DNA from: a virus
Lineage: Duplodnaviria > Heunggongvirae > Uroviricota > Caudoviricetes
IMG/VR virus record: IMGVR_UViG_2579778842_000003
Length of the DNA: 64,000 nucleotides
Reading direction: 5' to 3' (one strand)
The notes beneath the pieces were generated by a model. That model was given only the letters and a program-made list of their open reading frames with translations. It was not told the DNA's origin and searched no databases. Below, piece by piece: positions 63,800 through 64,000 of the stretch. The position numbers and the translations under genes were made by a program. Position 1 is the stretch's first letter; each line of letters begins with the position of its first letter.

Positions 63800-63886
63800 T
63801 TACCCATGCGCGACGATGCCGCCAAAAGTGATAGAGAACAGCCAGAAATAGATCGCGGCCATAATGATTTTGAATGCCGTGTTCAT
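63800..63886 (-). CDS. 28-aa hydrophobic leader peptide
   Basis: MNTAFKIIMAAIYFWLFSITFGGIVAHG with an AGGAG RBS; below the ORF-track cutoff; just downstream of the C1 operator. Confidence 0.3.
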   Translation of the reverse strand: MNTAFKIIMAAIYFWLFSITFGGIVAHG

Positions 63887-63968
63887 ATTTTCAGCTCCTG
63901 TGATTGATTGGATACATGCCGCGCCTTGCGGCATGTTTTTATTTTCACTTTCTCTGTTTTAAAAATCA

Positions 63969-63985
63969 AGATTTATTAGAGCAAT
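63969..63985 (-). promoter_or_regulatory. C1 operator at the head of the minus-strand operon
   Basis: agatttattagagcaat, 16/17 to the operator consensus. Confidence 0.6.
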
Positions 63986-64000
63986 TATTGTTGATGAAGA

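Overview
This window is a ~64 kb stretch of a P1-family temperate phage / phage-plasmid from Enterobacteriaceae. It runs from the lytic replicon and immI region (repL, kilA, ant, icd, c4) through sit and the baseplate genes, the invertible tail-fibre C segment with cin, the lysis genes, the dar anti-restriction operon, ssb, lyz, pro/prt and darB-ulx-lxc, to ref, cre and a canonical 34-bp loxP, then coi-c1, pacAB with the pac site, lpa, phd-doc, humD and a long C1-controlled operon. Identification rests on an exact loxP sequence, Cre/C1/Ref/Phd/Doc-like proteins of the expected lengths, about ten copies of the asymmetric C1 operator motif, and the 3+4 TGATCA pac repeats. The most notable departure from the P1 layout as I recall it is at the position where P1 carries the EcoP1I type III res-mod genes and IS1: here a single AT-rich gene encodes a 435-aa SIR2-like protein with an uncharacterised C-terminal domain, a candidate single-gene NAD+-dependent defence system. 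Other points of interest are a hok/mok/sok-like type I toxin-antitoxin locus next to repL, a protein with a possible DUF2829 (Tad2-like) domain next to ssb, an AT-rich lipoprotein pair next to immI, and nested inverted repeats inside the tail-fibre shufflon. No tRNA genes, CRISPR arrays or IS elements were found. All calls come from reading the sequence and ORF translations; no database search was run, and gene names follow P1 nomenclature from memory.
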